Shown here piece after piece: positions 50,353 to 61,021 of a DNA stretch of 64,000 nucleotides (position 1 is its first letter; each line of letters begins with the position of its first letter). Source of the stretch: an uncultured Chloroflexia bacterium (GTDB taxonomy: Bacteria; Chloroflexota; Limnocylindria; Limnocylindrales; CSP1-4); assembly GCA_963763775.1 (NCBI GenBank), contig CAVXPZ010000002.1:74275-138274 (forward strand), given 5' to 3'. Both the position numbers and the translations under genes were made by a program. Below the pieces are notes generated by a model. That model was not told the DNA's origin, ran no database searches, and was given only the letters and a program-made list of their open reading frames with translations.

Positions 50353-51432
50353 TCAGTCGACCGTCCAGGTCTCCCCGCCGCGCAGGACACGCTCGAGGTC
50401 GCCGGGCCCGGACTTCGCGACCGCCGTGGCGAGCTGGTCCTCGATGAGCTGGTCGTGGGTCGGGCGGCTGACGGCTCGCAGGACGCCGACCGGGACCGGG
50501 AACTCCGGGTAGGCCATCCGCGAGAGCATCAGCGCGAGATACGGGTCCTCGGCGGTCTCGTCGTGGACGAGCAGGTCCGCCTCGGTGACGCCGTCCTCAC
50601 CGATCGTGACGACCTCGGGGTGGAGACCGTTGAGGCGGATCCCCTTGTCGCGGTCCTTGCCGAAGATCATCGGCTTGCCGTGCTCGAGCACGAGCATGCG
50701 GTCCTCACGGACCTCGCGATCGGTGAAGTCCCGCCAGGCGCCGTCATTGAAGATGTTGCAGTTCTGGAGGACCTCGACGAAGCACGAGCCCTTGTGCCGG
50801 CCGGCCCGCTCGAGCGTGCCCTGCAGGTGCTCGGTGTGGGTGTCCACGGACCGCGCGACGAAGCTTGCTTCGGCGGCGAGGGCGATCGTCAGCGGGATGA
50901 TCGGCGTGTCGACCGAGCCGAGCGGCGTCGACTTCGTCCGCTTCCCGAACTCCGACGTCGGCGACGCCTGGCCCTTGGTCAGCCCGTAGATGCGGTTGTT
51001 GAACATGATCATGTTGATGTCGACGTTGCGCCGCATCGAGTGGATCACGTGGTTGCCACCGATCGAGAGCGCGTCGCCGTCGCCGGTGATGACCCAGACC
51101 ATCAGATCGGGGCGCGCGGCCTTGAGGCCCGTGGCGAGCGTCGGCGCGCGACCGTGGATCGTGTGGAACCCGAAGGTGTTCATGTAGTACGGCAGCCGGC
51201 CGGAGCAGCCGATGCCCGAGATGAAGACGATGTTCTCCCGCGGATACCCGAAGTCGGGCATCACCTTCTGGGTCTGCGCGAGGATCGAGTAATCACCGCA
51301 GCCGGGGCACCAACGGACCTCCTGGTCCGAGACGAAGTCCTTGCGCGTGAGCGCGATGACCTGGGCGTTCTCCGGGCTGAGCGGCGGCTGGGGCGGGACC
51401 ACCGGGGTGGTCTGGCCGTTCGTGTCGGTCAT
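50353..51432 (-). CDS. korB: 2-oxoacid:ferredoxin oxidoreductase beta subunit
   Basis: WCPGCGD, SGIGCS, HGRA, GDGD, YGLTKGQ.SPT. Confidence 0.93.
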   Translation of the reverse strand: MTDTNGQTTPVVPPQPPLSPENAQVIALTRKDFVSDQEVRWCPGCGDYSILAQTQKVMPDFGYPRENIVFISGIGCSGRLPYYMNTFGFHTIHGRAPTLATGLKAARPDLMVWVITGDGDALSIGGNHVIHSMRRNVDINMIMFNNRIYGLTKGQASPTSEFGKRTKSTPLGSVDTPIIPLTIALAAEASFVARSVDTHTEHLQGTLERAGRHKGSCFVEVLQNCNIFNDGAWRDFTDREVREDRMLVLEHGKPMIFGKDRDKGIRLNGLHPEVVTIGEDGVTEADLLVHDETAEDPYLALMLSRMAYPEFPVPVGVLRAVSRPTHDQLIEDQLATAVAKSGPGDLERVLRGGETWTVD

Positions 51433-53291
51433 GCGTGGGCCTCCGCGAGGATCCGCTCGGCTTCGTCGACGATCTCCGCGATGCGGAACGGCTTGCCCCG
51501 GACGCGGTCATAGCCGACCGCATCGATGAGGTACTTCGCCCGCACGAGCATCAGGAGCTGCCCGAGATTGACCTCGGGGATGAGGACCTGCCGGTACGAA
51601 CGCAGGACCGCCTCGGTGTTCGCGGGGAACGGGTTCAGATGGCGAAGATGGGCATGGGCGACCGGGCGGCCGTCGGCCTGCAACCGCTCGACCGCCGACC
51701 GGATGGCGCCGTAGGTGGAGCCCCAGCCCAGGATGAGCAGGTCGCCGGTCGCCGGGCCGTAGACGTCGAGGGGCGGGATGTCGTTCGCGATGCCGGCCAC
51801 CTTCGCGGCCCGCAGCAGCTGCATCCGATGGTGGTTGTCCGGGTCGTAGCTGACATTGCCGGTCACATCGGCCTTCTCGAGGCCACCGATGCGGTGCTCG
51901 AGACCGGCCGTGCCGGGGACCGCCCACGGGCGTGCGAGCGTCTCGGGGTCGCGGAGGTACGGGCGGAACGTCTCCTCGCCGCGCGTCGCGTTGCTGACGC
52001 GGATGTCCGGCAGCGTGGCGAGCTCGGGGATCCGCCACGGCTCCGAGCCGGTCGCGAGGAACGCATCGGAGAGGTACGCGACGGGCGTCATGTACTTGAG
52101 GGCGATCCGCCAGGCCTCGATCGCCAGGTCGAAGCACTCACCGGGCGTGGCGGGGGCCACGATCGGGATCGGCGAGTCGGAGTTGCGGCCGAACATCAGC
52201 TGCAGCAGGTCGGCCTGCTCGTTCTTCGTCGGCATCCCGGTGGACGGCCCGGCACGCTGGACGTCGATGACGACGAGGGGCAGCTCGACCATGACCGCGA
52301 GCCCCATCGCCTCGGTCTTGAGGGCGATCCCGGGGCCGGACGACGCCGTCAGCCCGAGCGACCCGCCGTAGCTCGCCCCGATGGCGGCGCCGATCGCGGC
52401 GATCTCGTCCTCGGCCTGGAAGGTCTTGACGCCGAACGACTTGTACGTCGAGAGCTGGTGCAGGATGTCGCTCGCGGGGGTGATCGGGTAGCTGCCGTAG
52501 AACAACGGACGATCGGCCAGTTTCGACGCGGCGAGGAAGCCGAGCGCCGCCGCCTCGTTACCCGTGATGTTCCGATACGTCCCCGACGGGAGGACCGCCG
52601 GGCGCACGCGGTAGTGCGTGTGGAACATCTCGGTCGTCTCGCCGAACGCGTAGCCAGCCTTGAGCGCGCGCTTGTTGGCTTCGGCGACGACCGGACGCGC
52701 CGAGAACTTCTGGTCGATCCACTCGACCGTCGGCTCCATGCTCCGCTCGTAGAGCCAGAACATGATCCCGAGCGCGAAGAAGTTCTTGGTGAGGTCCTTC
52801 TGCTTGCTCGTCATGTCGAGGCCGTCGAGCGAGCGCTCGTTGAGCGTCGAGATCGGGATCTCGAACACCGTGAACGGGCTCAGCGAGCCGTCAGTCAGCG
52901 GGTTCGACGAATAGGCCGCCTTGTTGAGGTTCTGGGCGGTGAACGCGTCGCTGTTGACGATGAGGGCGCCGCCCGGCGGGAGGTCGATGACGTTCGTCTT
53001 GAGGGCGGCCGGGTTCATCGCGACGAGGACGTCCGGCTGGTCGCCTGGCGTGTGGATGTCGGTCGAGCTGAAGCTGATCTGGAAGCCCGAGACGCCCGGC
53101 AGTGACCCGGCCGGGGCGCGGATCTCGGCCGGGAAGTCCGGCAGGGTGCTGATGTCGTTGCCGAAGACGGCCGCGGTCCGCGTGAACTGGGTCCCGGTCA
53201 GCTGCATCCCGTCGCCGGAATCGCCAGCGAACCGGATCGTCACACGCTCGAGCTCGGAGATGAGCGGCTCGGGCTCCTTGGTGGTCGTCAC
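51429..53291 (-). CDS. korA: 2-oxoacid:ferredoxin oxidoreductase alpha subunit
   Basis: FAGDSGDGMQL, PAEIRAP, YPITPAS, QAEDEIAA, SSGPG, QRAGPSTGMPTK. Confidence 0.93.
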   Translation of the reverse strand: MTTTKEPEPLISELERVTIRFAGDSGDGMQLTGTQFTRTAAVFGNDISTLPDFPAEIRAPAGSLPGVSGFQISFSSTDIHTPGDQPDVLVAMNPAALKTNVIDLPPGGALIVNSDAFTAQNLNKAAYSSNPLTDGSLSPFTVFEIPISTLNERSLDGLDMTSKQKDLTKNFFALGIMFWLYERSMEPTVEWIDQKFSARPVVAEANKRALKAGYAFGETTEMFHTHYRVRPAVLPSGTYRNITGNEAAALGFLAASKLADRPLFYGSYPITPASDILHQLSTYKSFGVKTFQAEDEIAAIGAAIGASYGGSLGLTASSGPGIALKTEAMGLAVMVELPLVVIDVQRAGPSTGMPTKNEQADLLQLMFGRNSDSPIPIVAPATPGECFDLAIEAWRIALKYMTPVAYLSDAFLATGSEPWRIPELATLPDIRVSNATRGEETFRPYLRDPETLARPWAVPGTAGLEHRIGGLEKADVTGNVSYDPDNHHRMQLLRAAKVAGIANDIPPLDVYGPATGDLLILGWGSTYGAIRSAVERLQADGRPVAHAHLRHLNPFPANTEAVLRSYRQVLIPEVNLGQLLMLVRAKYLIDAVGYDRVRGKPFRIAEIVDEAERILAEAHA

Positions 53292-53788
53292 GCGCCTTCC
53301 GGCTCCTTCATGCGCTGGTGTGGCCGGGGCGGGAGGTTGAGGAGCTCCTCCGGGAAAGACTCGGCCAGGTACTTGATGATGTCGGCCTGTCGGACCACGC
53401 CCACGAGCTGGCGGTGCTCGTCCACCAGCGGCACGTTCCGATACCGACCGGTCTGCATGAGCTCGATGGCGTCGCGGATGGTCTGATCCAGGTCGAGCGT
53501 CATCGGCTCGGTGGTCATGAGCGACTCGACGGGTCCGCTCAGGTCGACATGGCCCGCGACGATGCGCCCGAAGATGTCGCGCTCCGTCAGCACGCCCTGG
53601 AGGCGTCCGCCGGCATCGCAGACGAAGACCGAGTCGCCGGTGCCGGTGCGCTGGATCGTGCGCACGCAATCGGCGAGGGACGTGCCCGGTGCGACGGTCA
53701 CCGGCTGACGGCGACTGAGCACGCGAAGGCGCTCGTCCAGGATGATCGGGACGCGATCGGCCACCGCCGTCTCGGTGAGGTCGTTCAC
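53288..53788 (-). CDS. CBS-pair protein
   Basis: LQGVLTERD, MTTEP, RYRNVPLVD..LVGVV; GTG 7 nt after TACACT. Confidence 0.88.
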   Translation of the reverse strand: MNDLTETAVADRVPIILDERLRVLSRRQPVTVAPGTSLADCVRTIQRTGTGDSVFVCDAGGRLQGVLTERDIFGRIVAGHVDLSGPVESLMTTEPMTLDLDQTIRDAIELMQTGRYRNVPLVDEHRQLVGVVRQADIIKYLAESFPEELLNLPPRPHQRMKEPEGA

Positions 53789-53940
53789 GTCCCGAAGTGT
53801 AGCGGTCACGGCCCGTTCCGGGTCCGAAGGAGGGTCTCCGGCGTCGTGCGGCGAGCCTCCCGCGACGTGCAGCGCGCCGCCAGACCGGCGCGCGGCCGGT
53901 GCCAGACGGCTGCACGATCCGGCTGCTAGCCTCGGCGCCC

Positions 53941-54910
53941 ATGGATCGCCGACGCCTGGGCGGTGCCGCCCTCATCCTCGTCTCCGCCGCCGGCTTCGGC
54001 TCGGGCTCGCTGTTCGCCCAGCCGGTCTATGGCGCGGGCGTCGACTGGCTGGTCCTGTCCTCGTGGCGGTTCCTGTTCGGGGCGAGCCTCGCGTGGCTGT
54101 GGCTGCTCGCCTCGCCGACGCGGCGCCGCGGCCTGCGCGACCTCGACCGGCGCGCGCTCGTCGTGGCGCTCGGGCTCGGCGTGCTGTACGTCGGCAACTC
54201 GGGTGCGTATTACGCGGGGCTCGAGACCGTCTCGCCGGGACTGGCCGGGCTGATCGTCTTCATGTACCCGGCTCTCGTGGCCGTCGTGACCTTGCGGGTC
54301 GGGCAACGCCTGGAGGGCCGGCGGGCGTGGGGCGCCCTCGCGATCGTGCTGGTCGGGGTGACGCTCACGATCGGCGGCATCGACCCGAATGACGCGCCGC
54401 CGGTTTCAGGGCTCGTCCTGATCGTCGCCTCCACGCTCATCTACGTGGTGTGGATCGTGCTGGCCGCCCGGTTGTCCGGCGAGCGACGCGGGGTGGTGGG
54501 CAAGGCATCCGATGCCGGCGCGGCGGCCTCGGCGGCGACGGCCCTGATGATGACCTCGACCGCGACCGTCTACTGGATCTGGAGCCTCGTGAGCGGGGCG
54601 GCCGGTCCTGCCCGGCCAGATCCCGGCGGAAGCGTGGTTCGGGCTGTTCGGGGTCGGGGTGGTGTCGACGTTCATCGCGATCCAGGCGTTCTACGCGGGC
54701 GCCCAGCGGATCGGCGCCGCGCAGGCCTCGATCATCAGCACGGTCGAGCCGATCTGGACGATCGTGCTCGCGTACCTGCTCTTCGGGTTCACGCTGACGA
54801 CCACGCAGCTCGTCGGCGGGGCGCTGATCCTGGTCGGCGTGCTGATCGCGCAGACCGGGCCCGGAGCGGGCCGAGCGGCGCCCTCGAGCGTGCGGCTCGC
54901 GGACGAGTAG
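53941..54910 (+). CDS. EamA/DMT family transporter; frameshift near 54600
   Basis: Multiple TM helices; YPALV and IGAAQASIISTVEPIW..LVGGALIL motifs. Confidence 0.88.
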
Positions 54911-55172
54911 CGCCGGCGGGCGGCGCGGGCGCGGTGGGGGCTGCGTCCCCTAGTCATCGGGTGACTGGTATTCGGCAAGCGGCGCGTCCGGGTCGACTCC
55001 CACGGGCCGATTCGCTCTGCCAGTACTCCACGGGTGACTAGGCAGAAGGCGATGCCGGCATCGGCGCCGGCGTACGAGTCACCTGGTGACTGCGCGCCGG
55101 ACGGACCCGTGCCGCGAGGGCTGGGGGGCCACGGGGCCAGGCCGGGCCCTGAGACCGAGCCGCCCGTACTCC

Positions 55173-55931
55173 TCAGCCGCGACCGGCCGCCGCCAGCATC
55201 GCCTTGGCGCCGCTCATGACGAACCCGCCGTCGGAGCCGAGACCAACGAACCGGAACCCGCGCTCCAGGTGCGGCGAGATGACGGACGGGTCGTACAGCA
55301 GGATGCCGGCGGCCTTGCCGTGGCGGCGACACGCAGCGACGACCGAGTCGATCGCCGCGAGGTAGCCCGGGTCGCTGAACTGCCCCGGCACGCCCAGGGC
55401 GTGCGACAGGTCCGCCGGGCCGACGAACAGGACGTCCGCCCCAGGCTGGGCGGCGATCGCGTCAGCGTCAGCGACGGCCGCGGCGTTCTCGATCTGGAAG
55501 ACCCCGAGGACCACGTCGTTGAGGCTCCCGATCTCCGCGTGACCCACGCGACCGAACCCCTGACCACGCCCGCCGAGCGCCACGCCACGCATGCCGGCCG
55601 GCGGGAAGCGCATCCAGGCGAGCGCCTGGGTGACGTCGTCCGCGGACTCGACACGCGGCACGATCAGGCCGCCCGCCCCGAGGTCGAGGGCACGAGATAC
55701 ACGCAGTCGATCGCTTCGCTCGATGCGAACGAGCGCGGTCGCCGGCGTCGTCCCGACGGCATAGAGCTGTCCGAGGGTCGTGGCCTCCGCGCCCATGCCG
55801 TGCTCGGTGTCGATCACCACCCAGTCGAAGCCGGCCTGGCCGGCGATCTCGGCCGCCACCGGCGAGCCGGTGGACAACCACGTGCCGAAGGTGGTCTCGC
55901 CCGCGAGGACTCGTTCTCGTAGCGTCGTCAT
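55173..55931 (-). CDS. HpcH/HpaI aldolase family protein
   Basis: GFDWVVIDTEHG, ALDLGA, QIE, LFVGPADLS. Confidence 0.93.
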   Translation of the reverse strand: MTTLRERVLAGETTFGTWLSTGSPVAAEIAGQAGFDWVVIDTEHGMGAEATTLGQLYAVGTTPATALVRIERSDRLRVSRALDLGAGGLIVPRVESADDVTQALAWMRFPPAGMRGVALGGRGQGFGRVGHAEIGSLNDVVLGVFQIENAAAVADADAIAAQPGADVLFVGPADLSHALGVPGQFSDPGYLAAIDSVVAACRRHGKAAGILLYDPSVISPHLERGFRFVGLGSDGGFVMSGAKAMLAAAGRG

Positions 55932-55970
55932 GACCGCAATGATGCGCGACCACGCGGGTCGCCGTGGCGG

Positions 55971-57305
55971 CTACGGACCGTTGGTCAGCCCGCTGGTATC
56001 CACGACCTCGAGGTCGTCGCCGTGGATGACGTCGAGCTCGTGCATCACGTCGTCATCGATAGTTCGGGTCGCTGGCGCCGGTGATGTACCAGGGCGATCC
56101 GTTGTCGGCGAGGATCATCCCGTAACGCTGGAGGGCGACGGCGATGACTCGCGCCTGCGGCGAGAAGCCCGACGTGTCGAAGGAAGCCTTCAGCCGGACT
56201 CGCAAGCCCATCGGCGGCAGCGACGACGAACTCGATTCGCCGGCCTCGTGGCGCGCCGGATAGATGTACGACGTCCGCGTACGGTTGGTCGTGAATCGCA
56301 GGGCATGGGCGATGGTGGCCCGCCGTGAGCTCGTCATAACGGACGAGACCCGGCAGGATCGGCAGGCCGGCGGCGTCGGCGCTGGTCCAGCCGTCCGGCC
56401 GGAGCGCGTTGGACCGGAGGTCCCACGTCGCGCCGCTCGCCGCCGTGCCAGGCTCCGTTCACCTTGCGCGGCCGCGAAGAGCTCGTAGAGACGGCAGGCG
56501 TCCTTGTCGAGCATCAGGATGTGGCCGTCGGAACCGCCCTCGATCTTCGGACTCGCCGGGATCGGGTACAGCACGTGGTCGGACTCGTCGTCGTAGTCGA
56601 AGGCGACCTTCGACCGCGGGGGTGGAGGACCCGACGACGTTGATACGGGATCCCGTAGCCGGCGTACGACCCGAAGTCCATGTGCAGACCGCGAGTCGAG
56701 ACCGATCGGCGTGATCATCGTCGCGGAGTTCGACGCCACGTCGCGCTCGTCGATGCGTTCGTTCCAGACGTTGTCCGTCGGGAAGACGGGCAGTCCGGAG
56801 CCCCGGCGACGCGTCGGTCGTCCCGCCCGGGTCCGTCGGGACGGCGTCGGGTGGCTCGGGACCGGGGTCCGTCGGGGTCGTGCCGGCTCGAAGCTCCGGC
56901 CGTGGCGATGCCGACGGGATCGGTGTCGGCCTTGCCCGCCATCCGTCCCCTTCGTCGGCTCGTAGCGGGGATGCTGACGCAGCCTGCTCCTTGGTCCGCG
57001 TCCTCGCGGGCGTCGCTGATCCCGTCCTGTCGGTGTCCTTCTTCGCGGGTTCGTCCCGGACAGGTACTCGTACCGTTGTCGAGCCCGTCGTGGTCGGGGT
57101 CCTCGCGCCAATCCGGAGACGCCGTCACGGTCGGTGTCGCTCGCGTCGGGCTCGTGTGCGTCTTGAGTCGGTCCTTCGAAGTCTTGGGCAGTCGGTCGTG
57201 GTCCGTGTCCGTGGCGGCCGTGACGCCCACCGGGGACACGGCCAGGACGAGGACCGCGAGGGCGACCAGGGCGAGCGAGCGCTGCAGGCGGGTCGAGGAC
57301 GTCAT
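55971..57305 (-). CDS. Secreted protein with Asp-rich repeats, Pro-rich linker and conserved C-terminal domain; multiply frameshifted
   Basis: Signal peptide MTSSTRLQRSLALVALAVLVLAVSP; DxDxDG repeats; PVFPTDNVWN, IEGGSDGH, PPMGLRVRLK, YGMILADNGS pieces across frames. Confidence 0.65.
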
Positions 57306-57427
57306 GCGGCCATGGTCGCGTGGCACCACCGCGTTGGGTACCCCCCGACTGGTCCCGGTGGACGTCGCCCGTGGTCCGGTTCCGCGACGCACCGAGGCCG
57401 GCTGACGAGCCTGCAGCCGGCCAAGAC

Positions 57428-57453
57428 TGAACGTTGAGGCGACCGGACCCCTC
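57428..57453 (+). promoter_or_regulatory. Putative ECF-sigma autoregulatory promoter
   Basis: TGAAC-N17-CCTC, same spacing as the motif upstream of the second sigma. Confidence 0.55.
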
Positions 57454-57501
57454 AGGACAGGTAGACGCGCCCACGTCGGGCGTGCACCATCGGTGACCAG
57501 G

Positions 57502-58057
57502 GTGGATCACGACCTCGTGCAGCTGGCCCAGCGTGGTGATCGGGACGCCTTCGCCGTCCTGGTTCGCACGCATGGCGACCGCCTGTTCGGTGTCGCGCGA
57601 AGGATCCTCCGAGACATCGACCTCGCCGACGACGCGGTCCAACAGGCCCTGGTCGTGGCATGGCGCGAACTGCCAAGCCTCCGCGAGGCCGACCGGTTCG
57701 AGGCCTGGTCGACGCGGATCCTGGTCCGCATCTGTTTCGAGCTCTCGCGCGCGTCGCGCCGGGCTGCGGTCCATCTCGTGCCGACTCGACGTCGCCATCG
57801 AACCGATGACCGCCGACGCCGCCGAGGCGGTCGCCCGCCGGGACCTGCTCGAGCGAGGGTTTCGGCGGCTCCCACCGGAGCAGCGCGCGATCCTCGTCCT
57901 TCGCCATTTCGTCGGACTCGAACCGGCCGAGATCGCCGAGACGCTCGGCATCCCGCCGGGGACCGTCCGTTCCCGACTGCATTACGCCCATCGCGAGATG
58001 CGCGCGGCCCTGGAGGCCGACGCACGTCTCACCGTGGCCCAAGGACGACCGGCATGA
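57502..58057 (+). CDS. ECF RNA polymerase sigma factor 1; frameshift near 57780
   Basis: AQRGDRDAF, ADDAVQQAL..AW, RFEAW; then LPPEQRAILVL..EIAETLGIPPGTVRSRLHYA. Confidence 0.9.
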
Positions 58058-59376
58058 CCGACATGACCGACATCGAGCCGATCCTCGACGACTGGTTCGC
58101 CGATGGGTCCGATGTCCTGCCCGATCGGTCGGTCGACGCCGTCCTCGCCGCGGTCCAGCAGACCGGACAACGGGGTGCCTGGCGCGCCCCGTGGAGGACC
58201 TCGCCCATGAACCGCTTCTCGCACCCGACGCTGCTGGCCGGCGCGGCCGCCATCGTCGCCGTCGCGATCGTCGGCGTCTTCGCCTTGTCCGGACAGCGCC
58301 CGGCCCGTGACGCAACCCGCGCCGATCGCGCACCCAAGCGCCGGTGTCCCTACGAGCGGTCCGACGTCCGCGCCGGCGACGCCGACGCGCGCTCGTCATT
58401 GACCGGGACGATCGTCTATCGCCTCCAACTCGGCGACGGGAGCGACCGTGCCTATGCCATGGCGCTGCCGAGTGGCACATCCCGTCCTCTGGGACTCCAT
58501 CTGTTGTCTCGTCCCCGCGCCAGACCAGCCCTGGGTCATGGTGACCGGAGACCGCCGACGCGCCGTCGCATCGTCACCTTCGCAGGAAATCCCGTCGAAG
58601 GTCCGTGGCAGTGCCCGCCGGACTGGACGTCGAGCCCCATGCCGTGGTGCGCCGCTGTATGACCTCGCCTTCGATGGTTGGGCGACGCCATCCGGATCGC
58701 ACCGGCGGTCTGGTTGTCGACCGCGACGGCGATGGGCTCGCCGGCCGTACGTCCAGTTGACCAACGCTCCGACGGGAACCCGACGTGCCGACGAGTTCGT
58801 CCCGGATCGATCGAAGCAGCTGCTCGCTCTCGAGACGTCGACCGAAGCGACCTCACGCGGTCGCCGTCGATCGTGGCCGCCGTGTCAGGCACGGCACGAG
58901 GCCGACTACCGACGACGGTGCTGAACCGAATCCGTCGGCCACGGCCGTCACGGTCGACGAGTACTTCGGTCCGGCCGGGCTCGTGGTCGCCGGACGCCCG
59001 CGGATCGACTTGACCGCCTTCGATCCGTCGCGCGACCTCTCGCCGCGTGTCGTCGCGGACGGGACGGCGGTATTGCGACGGCGGTGACGCACCGGGCGAT
59101 GGCCGCCGACGGGACCGAGCAGTCACCGGCTCGTCGGCGGATCCCGTCGACCATCGGGTTCGACCCGCGCCTCGACCTGACGGTTCGAAGATCGCGGCGC
59201 TCCGGTACGACCCGAGTGAGCGAGCCGGTTCGACGCCCGCCGTCAACCGGCCGACTGCCGCGCTGGTCGTCGACGCCGCTTCATCCTGCGACCGGCGCCA
59301 CGACGACCGCGGGTCCACGGGTGCGCATCGTTCTACAACCCGGTTTCGTGGACGCCGGACGGGACCGCCCTGCTGA
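58054..59376 (+). CDS. Putative membrane anti-sigma-like partner of sigma 1; heavily frameshifted 3' part
   Basis: ATG overlaps sigma stop; ILDDWFADGSDVLPDR..QRGAW, TM helix; later fragments such as PDGSKIA suggest propeller repeats; 3' end uncertain. Confidence 0.55.
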
Positions 59377-59440
59377 TCACTCGTACGACGACGGTCGCCG
59401 CAGGCCCACCCGTTCCTCCCGATCCTACCGTCCCACCGGG

Positions 59441-59466
59441 TGAACCTTTCGCCCGGTGGGACCATC
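59441..59466 (+). promoter_or_regulatory. Putative ECF-sigma autoregulatory promoter
   Basis: TGAAC-N17-CATC. Confidence 0.55.
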
Positions 59467-59513
59467 TGAGTGGGTGAAGCGTCCGACCAGGGCGCCGAGG
59501 GAGAGATCGCTCC

Positions 59514-60065
59514 ATGCGGACGAGGTTGGTCGAGCAGGCAAGGGATGGCGACGACGTCGCCTTCTCCGAGCTGGTCGACCTGGACGGTGACCGCTGCTAC
59601 GCCATCGCCTATCGGATCCTGCGCGATGCGGAGCGGGCCCAGGACGCCGTCCAACAGGCATTCCTCCTCGCCTGGCGCGAACTCCCACGGCTGCGCGACC
59701 CGGAGCGCTTCGGACCATGGCTCCACCGGCTGCTCGTGAACGCCTGTTACGAGGAGCTGCGCCGTCACCGGCGATGGAGCACGAGGATCACGAGCCTGCC
59801 GGTCGACGGACCGGACGGGCCCGACACCACGGTCTCGGTCGACGACCGGGACGCCCTCGACCGAGCGTTCCGACGCCTTACGCCGGAGCATCGATCGGTC
59901 TTCGTCCTGCACCACCACGCCGGGCTGACCCTGGCCGAGATCGCCGACGTCGTCGGTGTCCCTCTCGGCACGGTGAAGTCCCGGCTCCACTACGCCACCA
60001 AGACCCTTCGCGCGGCGATCGTCGCCGATGCCCAGGTCGAATCCTCGGAGGCACGACTGGCATGA
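59514..60065 (+). CDS. ECF RNA polymerase sigma factor 2
   Basis: ARDGDDVAF, AQDAVQQAFLLAW, RFGPWL, EIADVVGVPLGTVKSRLHYA. Confidence 0.93.
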   Translation: MRTRLVEQARDGDDVAFSELVDLDGDRCYAIAYRILRDAERAQDAVQQAFLLAWRELPRLRDPERFGPWLHRLLVNACYEELRRHRRWSTRITSLPVDGPDGPDTTVSVDDRDALDRAFRRLTPEHRSVFVLHHHAGLTLAEIADVVGVPLGTVKSRLHYATKTLRAAIVADAQVESSEARLA

Positions 60066-61009
60066 CGACGCCCCGCGATCCCGACGAGATCCTCGCCGCC
60101 TGGCTGGACGACGGGCCGACCCGGCTCCCCGACCAGACCCGACGCGCGATCGCCGTCGCCCTACCGATGACTCGACAACGCCGGTACGCCCTTGGCGTGC
60201 CGAGGAGGTTCGCCACCATGTCTTCGACCATCAAGTTCGCCTTCGGGGCGGTGGGCGTCGTCGCCCTCGTCCTGGGAGGCGCCCTGCTCCTCGGCCAGGG
60301 GGGATCGGGCGGGAGCGTCGGCGGCGTCGGGGGCGCCCCGACCCTTTCGCCGGTGCCGTCGCCAACGCCGACAGCCATCCCCACACCATCGCCGACGCCG
60401 AGCCCCTCGCCGGGCACGCTGAGCCTCGGGGAAAGCCAGGCGCCGCTGACGGCCGGGACCTATACGGGGTTCGACCCGTTCCCGATCAAGATGTCGATCA
60501 CGGTCCCCGACGGCTGGTCAGGCAATGTCGGCGGGCCGTATGCCGTCTTCCTTGGAGACGACTCGGGGCGCGGGTCCATCGGCGTGACGATCTTCAATGA
60601 CGTCTACGCCGACCCATGTGACAGCAAGAAGGGGTTGGTGTCACCACGGCCCGGGCCTTCGGTGGACGACCTCGCGGCGGTGCTGGCCAAGATGCCGAAC
60701 GTCAAGCCGACGAAACCGGCGACCGGAACCATCGGTGGCCTGGCCGCGAAGCAGCTGACGCTGACGGCACCCGCCATCAGCGCCACGTGTGCCCTCGATC
60801 CCGCCGCAGGCCTGTTCAAGACGTGGGAGCTCCCGCTCGGCGCCGTCGGCGGAGTGGCCCCCGGTCAGCAGGATCGGGTCTGGATCACCTCGGTCGACGG
60901 CGTCCGTGTCGTCATCGACGCCGTGGAATCCGCCGTGCCGGATGCCGCACTGCATGCCCAGATCCAGTCGATCCTGGACTCCATCCAGATCCATCCGAAG
61001 CGCGGCTGA
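60062..61009 (+). CDS. Putative membrane anti-sigma-like partner of sigma 2
   Basis: ATG overlaps sigma stop; ILAAWLDDGPTRLPD..TRQRR, TM helix, Pro/Thr linker, extracytoplasmic domain with two Cys. Confidence 0.75.
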   Translation: MTTPRDPDEILAAWLDDGPTRLPDQTRRAIAVALPMTRQRRYALGVPRRFATMSSTIKFAFGAVGVVALVLGGALLLGQGGSGGSVGGVGGAPTLSPVPSPTPTAIPTPSPTPSPSPGTLSLGESQAPLTAGTYTGFDPFPIKMSITVPDGWSGNVGGPYAVFLGDDSGRGSIGVTIFNDVYADPCDSKKGLVSPRPGPSVDDLAAVLAKMPNVKPTKPATGTIGGLAAKQLTLTAPAISATCALDPAAGLFKTWELPLGAVGGVAPGQQDRVWITSVDGVRVVIDAVESAVPDAALHAQIQSILDSIQIHPKRG

Positions 61010-61021
61010 CCGCGCCCCTCG

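Noticed and set aside
7877-54910. Programmed frameshifting or pseudogenisation in ppk2, ilvB, LLM, GNAT, copA, crp and EamA
   Set aside because: Scattered indels in unrelated housekeeping genes, with no shared slippery motif and intact catalytic residues; sequencing error is the simpler explanation.
54911-55172. SRP RNA, 6S RNA or tRNA identity for the intergenic hairpin
   Set aside because: No SRP domain IV consensus, no tRNA T-loop or CCA, and no convincing 6S central bubble by eye.
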